64,000 nucleotides of DNA from assembly GCA_951804945.1 (NCBI GenBank), contig OX638149.1, positions 85,932,001 through 85,996,000 of the forward strand, read 5' to 3'. A program made the position numbers and the translations under genes. Positions within the stretch are counted from its first letter, which is position 1, and each line of letters starts with the position of its first letter. This stretch comes from Podarcis cretensis. Its lineage: Eukaryota. This document shows, piece after piece, positions 13,481 to 26,123 of this stretch. A model generated the notes under the pieces. That model searched no databases. It worked only from the letters and a program-made list of their open reading frames with translations, and was not told the DNA's origin.

Positions 13481-14789
13481 GGAGATCCTGCCATGGTTCT
13501 GCCAAAAATTGTCCATCAATCTGATTTGATAATCCAGAGCTGGTGAGAGAATTCCAGCGTTCAGTTCCAAAGACAGGCTTTAAGCTCAGCCTGCAGGCCT
13601 CAGGCTTCCTTTGCATGTGCACACACATACACGCTCAAATTTCACGTATAATTGCACAGGAAACTTATTCACATCAAGTTTTGCAGTCAAACATGCATTT
13701 AGAGATTTGTGAGGAAACCCTACACCCATTTTATTTCTATATATCTTTAAATGTACATACACACACACACACACAGCCGTTTTGGCTCTCTGAGGGCCCT
13801 CAATAGTGTACTTCACAGCATTCTCTCATCTGAAGCTGTTCCCAAAGTCAGAGCTGGCCTGAAGCAGAAGACAAGCTGGACACCCACACAGACACCCACA
13901 AATTCCACATACTGGACTGGCAGGTGAAACTTACTGTAATACAGAGCTGGCCCAAGACATTTTGCTGCCTGAGGCAGAATGGCAAACAGCATTCACTCCT
14001 CTCGCCAAGTCCTGGTCACATTAATGATAGGCTGGCCAAGTTATTTTGGCACCTGAGGTGGAGAATCCCACAAGTACCTTTTCCTGAGAGTAAAAATTAA
14101 CAGCAGCATTCAACTAGATCCGTGTGTGGAAGGAACAACTTCCACTTGTGAAATAGGACTCCCCCACCACCATTCACATCCCCAAATCTGCTCCTGAGGG
14201 TTGGAAGAAGCCCCAGAATGAATTTAAAGGGCTTGTTGGTCAAGCGGATTTCCACTTGCACAAAAATTTACGTAGCACTACGGTTGAATAAAACCCAACA
14301 TTTTCAGCCCCTTTGTGACATTCAAACCCAGCTGCCTGACGCAGCCACCTCACCTGACAACTGGAAAGCCTACTCCACCGTGCCCGAGGACAGCAGGCAG
14401 TTTTGTGGGGGCACAGGGCAGGCCCAGTGGCACACATTGCCTTTTCCTCTGACTAAGCGGAACACTCAAGGGAAAACAGCCAAGCATGGCTAACACTGCT
14501 GACCAGCACCTGCCACCTGAGGTGGTTGCCTCACTCTGCCTTTTGCAATTTCTGAAGGCCAAATAATGGCTGAGGGCAGCTACTCAAGCCCTGCTAGTGG
14601 GCCTCACAAAGCATCTGTCCAGCTGCTGCTAGGAATTCAATGCTGGGCTACATCAATCTTTCATACGTTCCAGAGCTCTTCTTATGTTCTTAAACCTCAT
14701 TGGGCTCTTGTCTAGTAATCTGGAATACTGCCCCCACTTTCATTTTAATGGAAATGTAGGCAAATTGGACAAAGCACATTTTATTGAGA

Positions 14790-15050
14790 AAGGTGGAAGG
14801 ATCTGGTTATGTTCAGCCTGGAGAAAAGAAGGCCGAGGAGGTAAATGAAGCACTCTTCAAATACCTGAAGGGATGTCACCAGAAGGGCTTCCTTCTGTCT
14901 TCTCCAGAAGGAAGGACTAGATCTAATAGGCTTGAGGTAGGAGACACCTCTTGATGGTGACAACAGTTTAACAATGGCAGTGATTATATAGGAGTGGGAA
15001 AAGACTCCTCCTCATTGGAGGTTGTCAAGCAAGAGGCTGGAAGGCATCTT
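14790..15050 (+). mobile_element. CR1 LINE 3' fragment
   Basis: Degenerate LFSLEKRR-type ORF2 end (ttcagcctggagaaaagaagg). Other CR1 tails at ~3645-3705, 14590-14690, 39740-40030, 40240-40310, 56650-56830 and 59990-60120. Confidence 0.65.
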
Positions 15051-16999
15051 GATCTCTGGCTTCCCTGAGAATTTTGCTGCCTGAGGTGAAGGACAAGATA
15101 ACGTTTGATTTCCTGTATAGAAGCTGACTGGACTGGTAGTTTAACCTAACTTCAGTACCGGTGAGTGATGATGGGATAGTGTCCTCTACTACATCTGAGG
15201 CAGCAGGCTAGTTTAGCAGGGGAGGGCCAAATTGGGTAGCATACATAGCTCTGTCTTCCAACAGAGGGAAATAGCCTGGGGGCTTCAGAGGATGAACTGC
15301 TGCTTGATGTCCTAATGGTGGGACTGGCCCTGGCTGAACATGACTGGCTACAAGGCCCTCTCCAATTCTATGACTGGTAGAGTTAATGCATGGTGATTCC
15401 TGCCTCAACTGACCGGAGTGAAGAAGAAATATGAGAAAACAACTTCCACTTATCAGAGACTGTACATACATTATTTTCCATCAAAAAGTAATGAGGAAAA
15501 TCTGCTCTTAAAAAAACACACCACAGACTGGACGGTAATATGCCACTAAGTAATATGGGCACTAAGGAACACTGAACAAAAGGGCCTTTGACATAAGGAA
15601 TGCGTGGCGGGAAGATCCCTGGTTCTTATTTTCTGGCCCTGTCTTTTCCATATACTTTGGCAATACATGTCATGTCTATAAAAGCAACCCTGCCTTTTGA
15701 GTGCCCTGTTCCAGAATGTCAAAACTCAATGAGAAAATAAGCAAACAGTCCAACAATCCAAACAGGGTGAAAATGCCTGAACAGAAAAAATCAACAAGTT
15801 GTTCAAGATAACATATCAACCTTTGTGAACCTTACAGACCAGCACTGTGGAAGTTGACTGAGAGGTAAGTCCCACAGAGTTCAATGCAAATACCCATAAG
15901 ATTGCAGCCTTAAATGTGATGCCCACTTAAGGGTTTATGGGTCTCCTATGATTCCCTATCACAGCAAAAAAATAAGGCAACGGTACTTGACAGCAAGCAT
16001 GACTGGATTTTGAGTGTTCTTTGCTTTTTGGTGCATGAGTTATCCTAACCATATGTGGTCGTGCTTATCCATGATTTTTTGCCACTGAATAAGCACTCAT
16101 TACAAGGTACTAAGGATGCAGCCTAGGTATAAGCTCATTGGGTGGACCAACTTCTCCTATCCAAGTACTAAGCAGGCCTGACCCTGCTTTGCTTCAGGGA
16201 AGACTTAATTCTGAGCAAGCGTGCACTGGACTGTTCTGCACCCCTGAGTCTCCCTCACCCTATTTATGTGCACGTTTGAATGTTGTAAATGCAGTCTAGA
16301 AGGCAGATGAGAACAATCTTTAAATAAAGATGCATTTTCTAGTAGCCAGTGTTGGTTCTGCATTCACATTACTGATGCAGCAAACACAAGAGTCTTTTAT
16401 GCCGCAGTCCTCTGCATGTTTACTCAGAAGTAAGCCCCTTTGTGTTCAATGAGGCATACTCCCTTGTGTGTTTAGGACCTCAGCCTCATAAGGCAATCCT
16501 ATACACAGAAACAAGTTCTATCAAGTTCCAGTGGGTCTTTCTCCCAGGACTGGAGAATACAGGACTGTACCTTTGCACAGCAATCCTATACATGTTTACC
16601 CAGAAGAAGCAAGTCCTGCTATGGGCCTTACTCCTGGCTATGAGTGCAAAGGGTTGCAGTGCTCTGCATGACAGGATCCTTTAAACGGCAAAGGAGTTCA
16701 AAACTCCTGTGTTGCCTGGATGAATAAATCAGAGAAAGAACAACAACTCTTCACCTAGGAATCCAAGAGGTTTGCTTATATATTTCAAAAAAAAATCTTC
16801 CTTCTATTCTCCAAAAGCCTGATTTCCAGAAGATAGCAACGTAGAGTATGTCCTCACCAGTCAAGTGAGGAAGCGGGGATACAGTTGATCAACCTTAGGG
16901 AATCGGGATCGACTTTATGGGGTGTGGATTGAAAACAGCCCTAAGAGCATTTACCTGATTCGTAGACCTCTTGGCCAGAGAGTGAGGCATCATTGTGCT

Positions 17000-17850
17000 G
17001 AACTGAAAACGGACGGTGGTGAACCCGATTGGGGTGGGGGGTGTTGCTCGCTTGTGACTCACTCCCTTTTCTGTTTGGGTTGGCTGAGCCCCGCGGTGCC
17101 GGGAGCCCCCACGTAGGTTGTTTTTTTTTTTGTTTTTGTTTTTTAACAGCTCAGCCCCACATGTTATGGTGTGAGAGGCTGGGCGGGGCGGGGGCGAGAG
17201 AAGGAGGAGGGTCGAGTTTCCAGAGTTGCAGGCGATGTTGGTTCCAAAACAAACAACAAAGCTGTCCGTAGACTTTTACGTGGCGTGGTGGGGGGAGGCT
17301 GAAGGGGTCGAGGGGTGTGGACGACGGCAAGCTGGGCACAGATTAGGGTGGCCCTCAGGCGAGAATGGGAAGAAGCAATCGAAACATGGCGGAAAGGGGC
17401 CGCAGCGCATTTTTGCAACTTTTTAGAATGCGATCCGAAGAAAAGAGCTTCTTCACCGGGGGAGGGGGTGCATTTACTTTTTCTCCCTCACGTACAAAAG
17501 AGAAGTTGGATCAGGCTAGATAAGGACGTGATTGCGGCCTGCAGAAAAGGTGGTAGATACGGGAGAGGGAGGAAGTGAACTGATTTGTGGGGCGCTGAAT
17601 TTCCGCGGCCATTGCAGTCAACGAGCTGTATTCATTTATTTTAAGATTTGTATCCCGCTTTGTCACCGGAACTTCGAAAGCGGCCGCCAGTATAAAAAGC
17701 CCTCTAAAAACCAGACCAGAAGAGTTAGTCGGGTTGTTCAATGGCGGCTGGAGTTACGGGGAATGCGTATGGTGAGCCCAGAAAGCTCACCGTGGAAGAT
17801 TCTCGCAGCATTTCTCCAGACGTTTTATTTTATGGATTCTAAGCGAATAG
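17000..17850 (+). promoter_or_regulatory. Orphan CpG island with TATA box and putative first exon (~17720-17771)
   Basis: CpG-rich; GC boxes 17181-17196, YY1/TISU-like ATGGCGG at ~17386 and 17741, TATAAAAA 17691-17698, donor ATG|GTGAGC at 17771/17772. Confidence 0.65.
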
Positions 17851-18286
17851 GTACATGGAAAAGATAATAGACTAGTCCCAGCAGATTTATCTTGGGAGGA
17901 AGGTCCCGTCTATGATTTACGTGTTAAGGAAGTTTTATTTTTGCCTTCGCAAATATTTTTTGATACTCGAGGCTGAAAGTCAGAGCAGCAGGCCAAGAAA
18001 ATAGGCGCCCTGTCTTTAGGAGTCAGTACAAGAGAGCACTCGGCCCACCTCACCCTCGAAAAAAATTAAAGGAGGAACTGATTGCCCTTATGTTTAGCGG
18101 GGAGGGCTTAATCTAAATCTAAATCTCCAGAGTGAAAGAGACTACTGGGAGAGGAAAGGGTGTAAAGAGAGCAATTGCTTTTCACCTTGCAGGTATGCAT
18201 AATACTTTGAAAGGAAGCCTTTGATGCAGTGAACTGGGGTAGACACCAGTCCTCTCCTGGTTCACACACAAAGGGAAGGACTAAGA

Positions 18287-18472
18287 CAGGCATGTCCAAA
18301 GTCCATTTTGGGGACCTAATCCAGCCTGCCGGTCAATTTTATCTGCCCCCCCCTCGTGGCAGTATATGTCCTGGGGTAAAACCCTAAAAAAAGTTCAACA
18401 ACTTTGGTCAGCCCTTGCATATGTTCACTTCATCAAATCTGGCCCTCTTTGAAAAAAGTTTGGGCACCCCTA
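18287..18472. mobile_element. hAT-type MITE
   Basis: Imperfect TIR CAGGCATGTCCAAA / TTTGGGCACCCCTA; perfect 8-bp TSD GACTAAGA at 18279-18286 and 18473-18480. Confidence 0.85.
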
Positions 18473-18644
18473 GACTAAGAGGAATTAGCAAATGGAAGGT
18501 GAGGTAGGGAAGAGGCAGAAACCAATTTAATGTAATATGGAGGGGGAAATGAGTTCATTAATGGGCCAGAGGCACATTGGAGTTGACCCAGGATTGCAAG
18601 TGGAGCAGAAGCGTGTTGGAGAGTGGATTTGTACTACTTAGGGT

Positions 18645-18995
18645 GAAGGTAAAGGGACCCCTGACCATTAGGTGCAGTCTCGGACGACTCTGGGGTTGCA
18701 GCGCTCATCTCGCTTTATTGGCCGAGGGAGCTGGCGTACAGCTAACGGGGTCATGTGGCAGCATGACTAAGCCTCTTCTGGCAAACCAGAGCAGTGCACG
18801 GAAACACCGTTTACCTTCCCACCAGAGCGGTACCTATTTATCTACTTGCACTTTGACATGCTTTCGAACTGCTAGATTGGCAGGAACAGGGACCAAGCGA
18901 CGGGAGCTCACCCCGTCGCAGGGTTTTGAACTGCCGACCTTCTGATTGGCAAGCCCTAGGCTCTGTGGTTTAACCCACAGCGCTACCCGCGTCCC
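18645..18995 (-). mobile_element. Sauria SINE, full length, young
   Basis: Reverse complement of the 23191 copy; 12-bp TSD ACTACTTAGGGT at 18633-18644 and 18999-19010. Confidence 0.95.
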
Positions 18996-19269
18996 ATCAC
19001 TACTTAGGGTACGTAAGATTATATATGTACCCTTAGCACCTTTAACCTTGCTTCTGTGCAAAATCAGAGTGGTTATGAAATGTTGAAAGCATTCTGTATA
19101 TTCAGAAAGGTTGAAGGAAGAGTCTTACATATGTGTTCAGAACTAGGCTGCAGTAGAAACTCTGGATAACTTAATACTGTATGACATTTAAAGTGCTACC
19201 CTGAAACTGAGAGGGCACCCCCTTTGCCATAAACTATCTCAATGACTTAGCTAAGTACCATGGTACCCA

Positions 19270-19596
19270 AGGGAGCGGGTGACACTGGTCTAAACCACTA
19301 TCAGCAGTTTGAATATGTGAGGCAGGATAAGCTCTAGTTACTGTGTCCCAGCTTCTGCCAGCCTAGCAGTTTGAAAGCACACCAGTGCAAATAGATAAAT
19401 ATGTACCACTGTGGCAGGAAGGTAAATAGCGTTTCCAGGTGTTCTGTTGCACCAGGAGTGGTTTAGTCACACTGGCCACATGACCTGGAAAGCTGTCTGT
19501 GGGCAAACGCCAGCTCCCTCGGTCTGAAGCAAGATGAGTGCCGCACCGCATAGTCACCTTTGACAGGACTTAACTGTCCAGGGGTCCTTTACCTTT
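19270..19596 (+). mobile_element. Sauria SINE, older diverged copy
   Basis: Diverged head; shared core (gcagtttgaaagcac...gtgcaaatagataaata...) and ggggtcctttacctt tail. Confidence 0.85.
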
Positions 19597-22500
19597 CTCT
19601 CTTTCTTTTTTACTAACATATAAAAGTTTCACATAAGAAAACCCGATGTCTGACACCTATCATTTTCTCTGCTTGATTTAAAGTTTGTTTTTAATATGCT
19701 GCAGTTGCAGGAAGCCTCAAAAGTGTGTGTGCATGCACAGGGGTGTCTGTAGGAAGCTTAAGTCTGCAGTGGTCCTGGACATGTAAACTTCCCATTCCGC
19801 TCAAACAGTGAACTGCCCCATTGCACACATCTAAAATTTAGATGCCCACATACATTATCAACTTTCTTCTTCATTGTCCTATGAAAAGGTCCAAGAAAGT
19901 AGAACATATATTAGTATATCTTTGAGCATTGTTACAATGTGGTACAATGTTGAAAATTTCAGCTAGTAATCCAAGGTCTTATAACTCTGCTGGTTCTACT
20001 GAGTAGAATATCAACCTTTGTGAATTATATAGTGTCTCCTATAGTGGGCTATGAATGACTTGACACCTGACGTTGGTGTGTGGAGCATGGCAAAGAACCA
20101 GCACCACTTTTAGAGAGCCAGATGCCTCTATCACCATTTCTGCTTTTAGTCTGGAAACAACCTATGAGTTGGGCTGTTCATTAATTCCATTTTACAGAAC
20201 AGAGGCTGAGCAAAATAAAATACATTGTTTAGGCTTTCTGATGAATCTTCAGCTGACGGGATTGGAACAAAGTTCCCCCATGTCTTCAGTAAGTAGGGGC
20301 TGGGTGGGCTGGAGTGATGTTGGTTGTGTACCCTGCTTGTCCTTACATCTGTGTATTCCCTTAGGCATACTCCGGGCTGAGCAAATGGAGGAGTCTGCTG
20401 ATGACACTGGGGAGCCCCAAACAGCCGGCAGACTTGTTTGCATCAATAATGACAGAGTCAAGGCCGTGCAAGAAAGCGGACAATGAAATTAACCAGACAG
20501 TGGCTGTACTTTGTAAGGATTTTTCCATTCTGAGGTAAGCTGCATCACTCCGGGAGAGAGAAGTGTAGGGTGAAGTAGGAAGTGACAGGGAACAGAAAAA
20601 GTGTGAAAATGAATGAGGCACAGAAGGAGATTCCTAGATGGATGGGAGACTCTGCAGGTTATATAGCCCACGAAGGAACTTGCAGCTGTTTACAAATGGG
20701 CACACAACAGAGCATGTGCTAGAATACTGTACATAAGAAACTTTACTGGGTCCTCCAACACATTTTTAACCATTTATTGTCAAACTTAGAGCCTGATCTT
20801 AATCACATTTACTTGGAACCAAACCCTACTGATTTCACTGAGACTTGTTTCCTGGCAAGTATACTTAGAAGTTCAACAACAGTTTGTGAACAGCTCCTAA
20901 AGTTAAATACCTGTAGCAAAAGAACAGGCAGAGGATAGTCAGTGACCACCCACACTTATAGGCAGCAGCAAACAAGGGCAGAATGGGGAATTGAGGCAAA
21001 GGATGTGAGAACAGATGAGGTCAAGTGAGAAGGGAAGACAGCTGAATGGACAGCTGAGTTGGAAGCTTAGGGGTTGAAGAATAAAACACAAGGGGTGCAA
21101 TACAGGGGTTAGGTGCACACATTCCATGCAAATCACTTAGCTGTGTGCTTAGTTCCTACAGATTTGCCTACAAAGCACCATGCAGAAGCCATTAGCAGAA
21201 ACTTTGACAAGCTGTTTAGTGAATCTGGATGCACTAAGGCTATAAAAGTTAGAAGGCCAGATTGGGGGAGTCACTGAGGTCCGTAAGACATCTATGCAGC
21301 TTGCCAGAATACCCCATAGTCTTGGAATAGGTCTTGGAAATCTGTACCTGTAGTTGAGTCCGTGGAAGAGATTAGGGATGCTGTTGGTTAAGTGCCCACC
21401 CTGTTGCCCAGTGGCTGTCTAAGGTAGTCTCAAGTCCAGTGTTGGGGGACCCCAGGACAGTGGTTCTGCATGACATCAACATTCATGCCAAGGTTGCTTT
21501 GTCTGGTCCAGTTTGGGCCTTCATGGCCTTCATGGGCCTGTCCCAAATTGTCAATGGACCAATACACAGGGTAGGACACACATTAGCTTTAGGCTTCACT
21601 TCAGGGTGAGTGGCTGGTGGTTTGCATATTGATCCCTTTGTTGTGGGGAGGGGCCAATTTGGACAGCATGCGCTTTGAGACCTATGAAATCTGATTGATT
21701 CCTGAGTGCTCTGGAAGATTTTCGAGTAGCCAATTTTGGTGATTTTGTTGAGGCTGTTTCCTAATGGTAGAACATTAGGGTGAGGAGGCCTGTTGACACA
21801 GTCGCTTCAGTGTGTCTGGTCTGACACTGCAGAGCTCATTCTGCTCCTCAGTTCTCTTCATAGCTACGAGCCACAAAAGAGGCCAGATAACAGCTGTAGC
21901 AGGCTGAACAGTGGTTAGAATGCATATCTGCAAGTATCACATAGCGATGATGGCAGTGAAAAAGGTCCACCATTCCACTTCCATCAAGCAGAGCTCTTTC
22001 TAGTTAAAATGTTGTTACAACCTGCCTCAGTCAGTCGGACACTGTAACCACCACAAGCCTGCTGTTTAGATACACCTGTTTAGGCAAGCATTCCCTGGAA
22101 GTGAACTTGTGATTTTATTGTTTCAATAGGGGCTTTTGTTTTGCTTTTTCAAATGCTACAATGGAATACTTATTGTGTATTTTAATTATGTATTGATTTT
22201 ATATTTGACATGTAATTGGTACATAAATAAGATGACAATGAGGATGATAATAATATTGCTACATCAAGCCTCCTTTGTGTGAGGGAATCAGAAGTGGCAT
22301 AAGACCAAATGGTAAAATGAGATGCTTTTTGGGATAGGAGCCTGGCTTCTGTCATAAAAACCAAACCAGCTGAGTGTTTGCCTAGGCCCAAAAGTTGTGA
22401 GCAGGGCCACCAAGTGTGCATAGTGCCCCTGGAGGACAGTTGAGGAGAGCATGTCTAGACTGCACAATGCAAAAATAATTTCAGATTTGGGTGCAAGCCA

Positions 22501-23190
22501 AGGAGTTTGGCAGTTCCAACTCAACACAGAAAGTGCCAAACTCTGCACCTTTAACTTCCCTCTTTTTAGATCTGTGCTTAAAGGATTTCGGTGTGGGATA
22601 GTAAATGCCTGAGATTACAAGAACATCACTGCTTAGACCACTCAGAACTCATGAGATGGCAACGTGTGCTTAGTCAAGTCTATTGCATGCTTACTCAGAA
22701 GCAAGTCCTCCTTAGTTCAGTGGAACTTGCACCACAAACTTTATAAATGTTTATTTGGGGTGAATGTGCATAGGATTGCAGCCCTACTCTTAATAGATGA
22801 ATTTAGGATTGCAATCTTAGCATAACAAAGAGGCTTCCTGCAGGATGATGTGTAATAAGATTTCCACTGAGGGAAAAGCAACTGTATCAGTGGAAAGACC
22901 TTGGGCGTGCAGAGAACAAGGGGAGTGTGGAAATGCTTTATTTCAGTTGCTGCATATGGTGAGGTGTTAGTTGGCATCAGGTTTTATAGCGAGACATTCT
23001 TAGGAGGGAAGTATTGATTGGGAAAACTGGCTGATAGCAAAAGAATAGTCCATTTCAGGGATAGGATTGGTGAGAGTAAAGCTTTTGAGAATAGACAGAT
23101 GTTTCTCTGAAACAATCCTGAAATTGCAGCCTTATGTGTATATTGAAGTCACTCCTATGCATGCATTAACTAGGAAGTAAGCACCATTGG

Positions 23191-23539
23191 GGGACGCGGG
23201 TGGCGCTGTGGGTTAAACCACAGAGACTAGGACTTGCCGATCAGAAGGTTGGCGGTTCGAATCCCCGCGATGGGGTGAGCTCCCGTTGCTGGGTCCCTGC
23301 TGCCAACCTAGCAGTTCGAAAGCACGTCAAAGTGCAAGTAGATAAATAGGTACCGCTCCAGCGGGAAGGTAAACAGCGTTTCCGTGCGCTGCTCTGGTTC
23401 GCCAGAAGTGGCTTAGTCATGCTGGCCACATGACCTGGAAGCTGTACGCTGGCTCCCTCGGCCAGTAAAGCGAGATGAGAGCCGCAACCCCAGAGTCGGC
23501 CACGACTGGGCTTAATGGTCAGGGGTCCTTTACCTTTTT
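23191..23539 (+). mobile_element. Sauria SINE (lacertid type), full length, young
   Basis: GGGACGCGGGTGGCGCTGTGGG head and TTTACCTTT tail; perfect 12-bp TSD TAAGCACCATTG at 23178-23189 and 23540-23551. Confidence 0.95.
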
Positions 23540-26077
23540 TAAGCACCATTGAGCTCAGTTGGATTTATTTCTGGGTAAACATGACATATTATTGGCTGCA
23601 TGACCTCAAAACTGTCCTGAGCCTGTAAGATATACATGGATATGGTTGTTGACAAGAGTTTTTCTGACACAGGCTTTTTAGGTGTTTGACGCTACTGTTG
23701 AATATGGGAACATGTGGAGCCAAAGTATATATTGAGCTAAGCTGCATTGAAACCAGCCTGGCCTAGTTCAAAACTGTGATGTGAGCTTACAAGAGTATCA
23801 AGGCTGAACGGAAGGCAGTAGGAAAAGCCCAAAGTCAGAGCAGAAAGTCATATTGAGAGCACCTTACTGCATGCATTGGGGTTCTGTACAAAAGCCATCA
23901 TGTGTTAATACTATGCAGAATGGAGATTAGTAACACTAAGTATAATTCCTAGTGCCCATCTGGTTATTGAGACAGGTAAGAACATAGTCTGTGCTGTCCT
24001 ATCCTGACCAAGCATGAATAGCATTTAGCCATGCTCAAGTACCCAGCTGTGAAATTTAGAGCCAATGTAAGAAACAGAAGACAAAACCCCCTGAAATGAT
24101 TCACATTTAGGGGTGCAGCATATTCTTTGAACTACAGAGGTGCCTTGTGGATTTTCATGACCATGGAAATGCTCCAAGATTGCTGGTCATCCTAATGATA
24201 CAAGTTTAAAGCAGGCTGATCACTTTTCAAGTTTGTGAGCTTTTCTTTTTCTAGCTGGCTTCTCCTGGAAGAATTAAGCTGTTGGCAAGAGTTTATGACA
24301 GGTTGTTCCCCCTTGAGATTTCAAAGCATTTGTGGCAGGGAATGGCTTAGTGGTCTGTGAGCGCTTCATTTAAAGAAATCTTAATATGGGAAGCCTTAAT
24401 TTGAGTCCTTCCTATATTAGACACAGGGATTGGCAGAGAATCTGGTGTTCCTGGGGCTATTAATGGGGAGACACGGTTAAATTTCCAAGAGGGCTCTCAA
24501 GAGTCTTGTGGGCAGAATGATGAAGAACTGGCATGTCAGCACTGTGCAATTTAGCCAGCGTCAATTATACCAAAGAGCTTTTATGCCAGAGCACAAAAAA
24601 ATGCACTTGGGACACTTGCAGTATATAACACTCCACTGAGATTCCTAGAATCTAAATGAGAAATCACTGCACTGGAACTGTCCATACTAAGAAAATAGCA
24701 ATCACTGTGCAGTAGCCATGAGGAGACTGCTATCCACACAGACTAGACCTCGGCACCTTTTTCAAACGGTCCTTGTAAGCAGGGTTCAGATGCTGTAGAT
24801 CATGGATTGAGAAACATTTGGTCCTCCTGATGGTTTTGGACTCCCAGTGCCCATCAGTCCCATCCAGCATAGGCAGTGGCCAAGGATGATGGGAGTTGTA
24901 GTCCCATAACATGTGGAGGGCCACGTTTCCTATCCCTGTTGCAGATAAAGATTCCACAAGAAAGCTTTGATTCACTTTCTTATATTCCTCCACTCATTAT
25001 TCATTCATACAGACTGCAGCCAGAGTTTTCCCCGAAACAGCTGATGTAACATCTAAAATCACCTCCTACTGGTCTAAACTCAGAAACACTACTTTGCCCT
25101 CATTTCCCTTGAACATCCTTTCAGATCAGTTTCCCTTGAAGGTCTGCCATCTCCTGAATGACTCCATTGCCAGCACACCCATCTGTCAGGTCACACCTTT
25201 AGAACTACACTTGATAGCTTCCTCCCCTTTCATGTGAGGAATGTTAGAGCTCCATCTCAGGCTCCTCTGTGCCCCAGTACTGGACGAACTTGCCACTCAC
25301 ACCAGGTTTTTCTTTTCTGCTGTTGGCTGTATAGCTTTGCAATCATGAGCGACCTGAAATCCAGTGTGGTCAGAATGGAGTTTGATTTTCCCATATATAG
25401 TCAGGGTACCATGATGCATTTTGCTCAGCCTCCTTTCAAGACCTCAAGCATCCCTCTGCGATTACGTTCTAGTGACTAAGTCATCCGCAGCATCTGGGTT
25501 AGAATCCAAAGTTCTTGCTTGTGGCCCAGATTATTACAGTATTGCCTTCTCTACCTGTGTGATACTTTCCTCGCTCCATCCATGGCCCCATCCTTGCCTC
25601 TGTACTACTGTTTAGCATGCTGATTCAAGACCCAGTCTTCTGACTCCTTTGCCATGCTTCTCTCTTGCCTTTACACCAGGGCTGACTACACTCAACTCCC
25701 ATCACCCTCAACCATCATAGCCTATAGTTAGGGTTGATGGGAGTTGCAGTCCAATAGCATCTGGGGGACCACAGGTTAGCCATCCCTGGCTTACATGATC
25801 AGTCTATTTATATTCTCATTCTGAGGCTGATTCTATTCCTAATATTTCCCACTTTCTTCCTAGGCTGCAACACAATAGGCCACCTGTCCTGTTGTTTGTT
25901 GAAAGTCCTCCTTTTTGTGACTGTGCTTAAATGCTTTGTTTCCTGCATCTATCCCAACAACAAACACCTGAAGTTTGGGAGGTAAATGTCTAAAGAAGGA
26001 ATAGATTGCTACCTCTTTCACAAGCCAGGGAAAATTGTCACCACAACTCCTGGTTATTTCATTACTTCTGTGATCTT

Positions 26078-26079
<2 letters not shown>

Positions 26080-26121
<42 letters not shown>
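26080..26121. repeat. (TG)n microsatellite
   Basis: Directly visible. Confidence 0.95.

Positions 26122-26123
<2 letters not shown>

Noticed and set aside
17720-17830. Y RNA / vault RNA / U6 identity for the TATA-driven element
   Set aside because: The 5' end is only vaguely Y-like, the Y 3' stem (CTTGACTAGC) is absent, and there are no U6 or vault motifs.
18577-23549. Two similar ORFs (…PLTIRCSLGRLWGCSAHLALLAEGA…) suggesting a paralogous gene pair
   Set aside because: They are antisense readings of two Sauria SINE copies.
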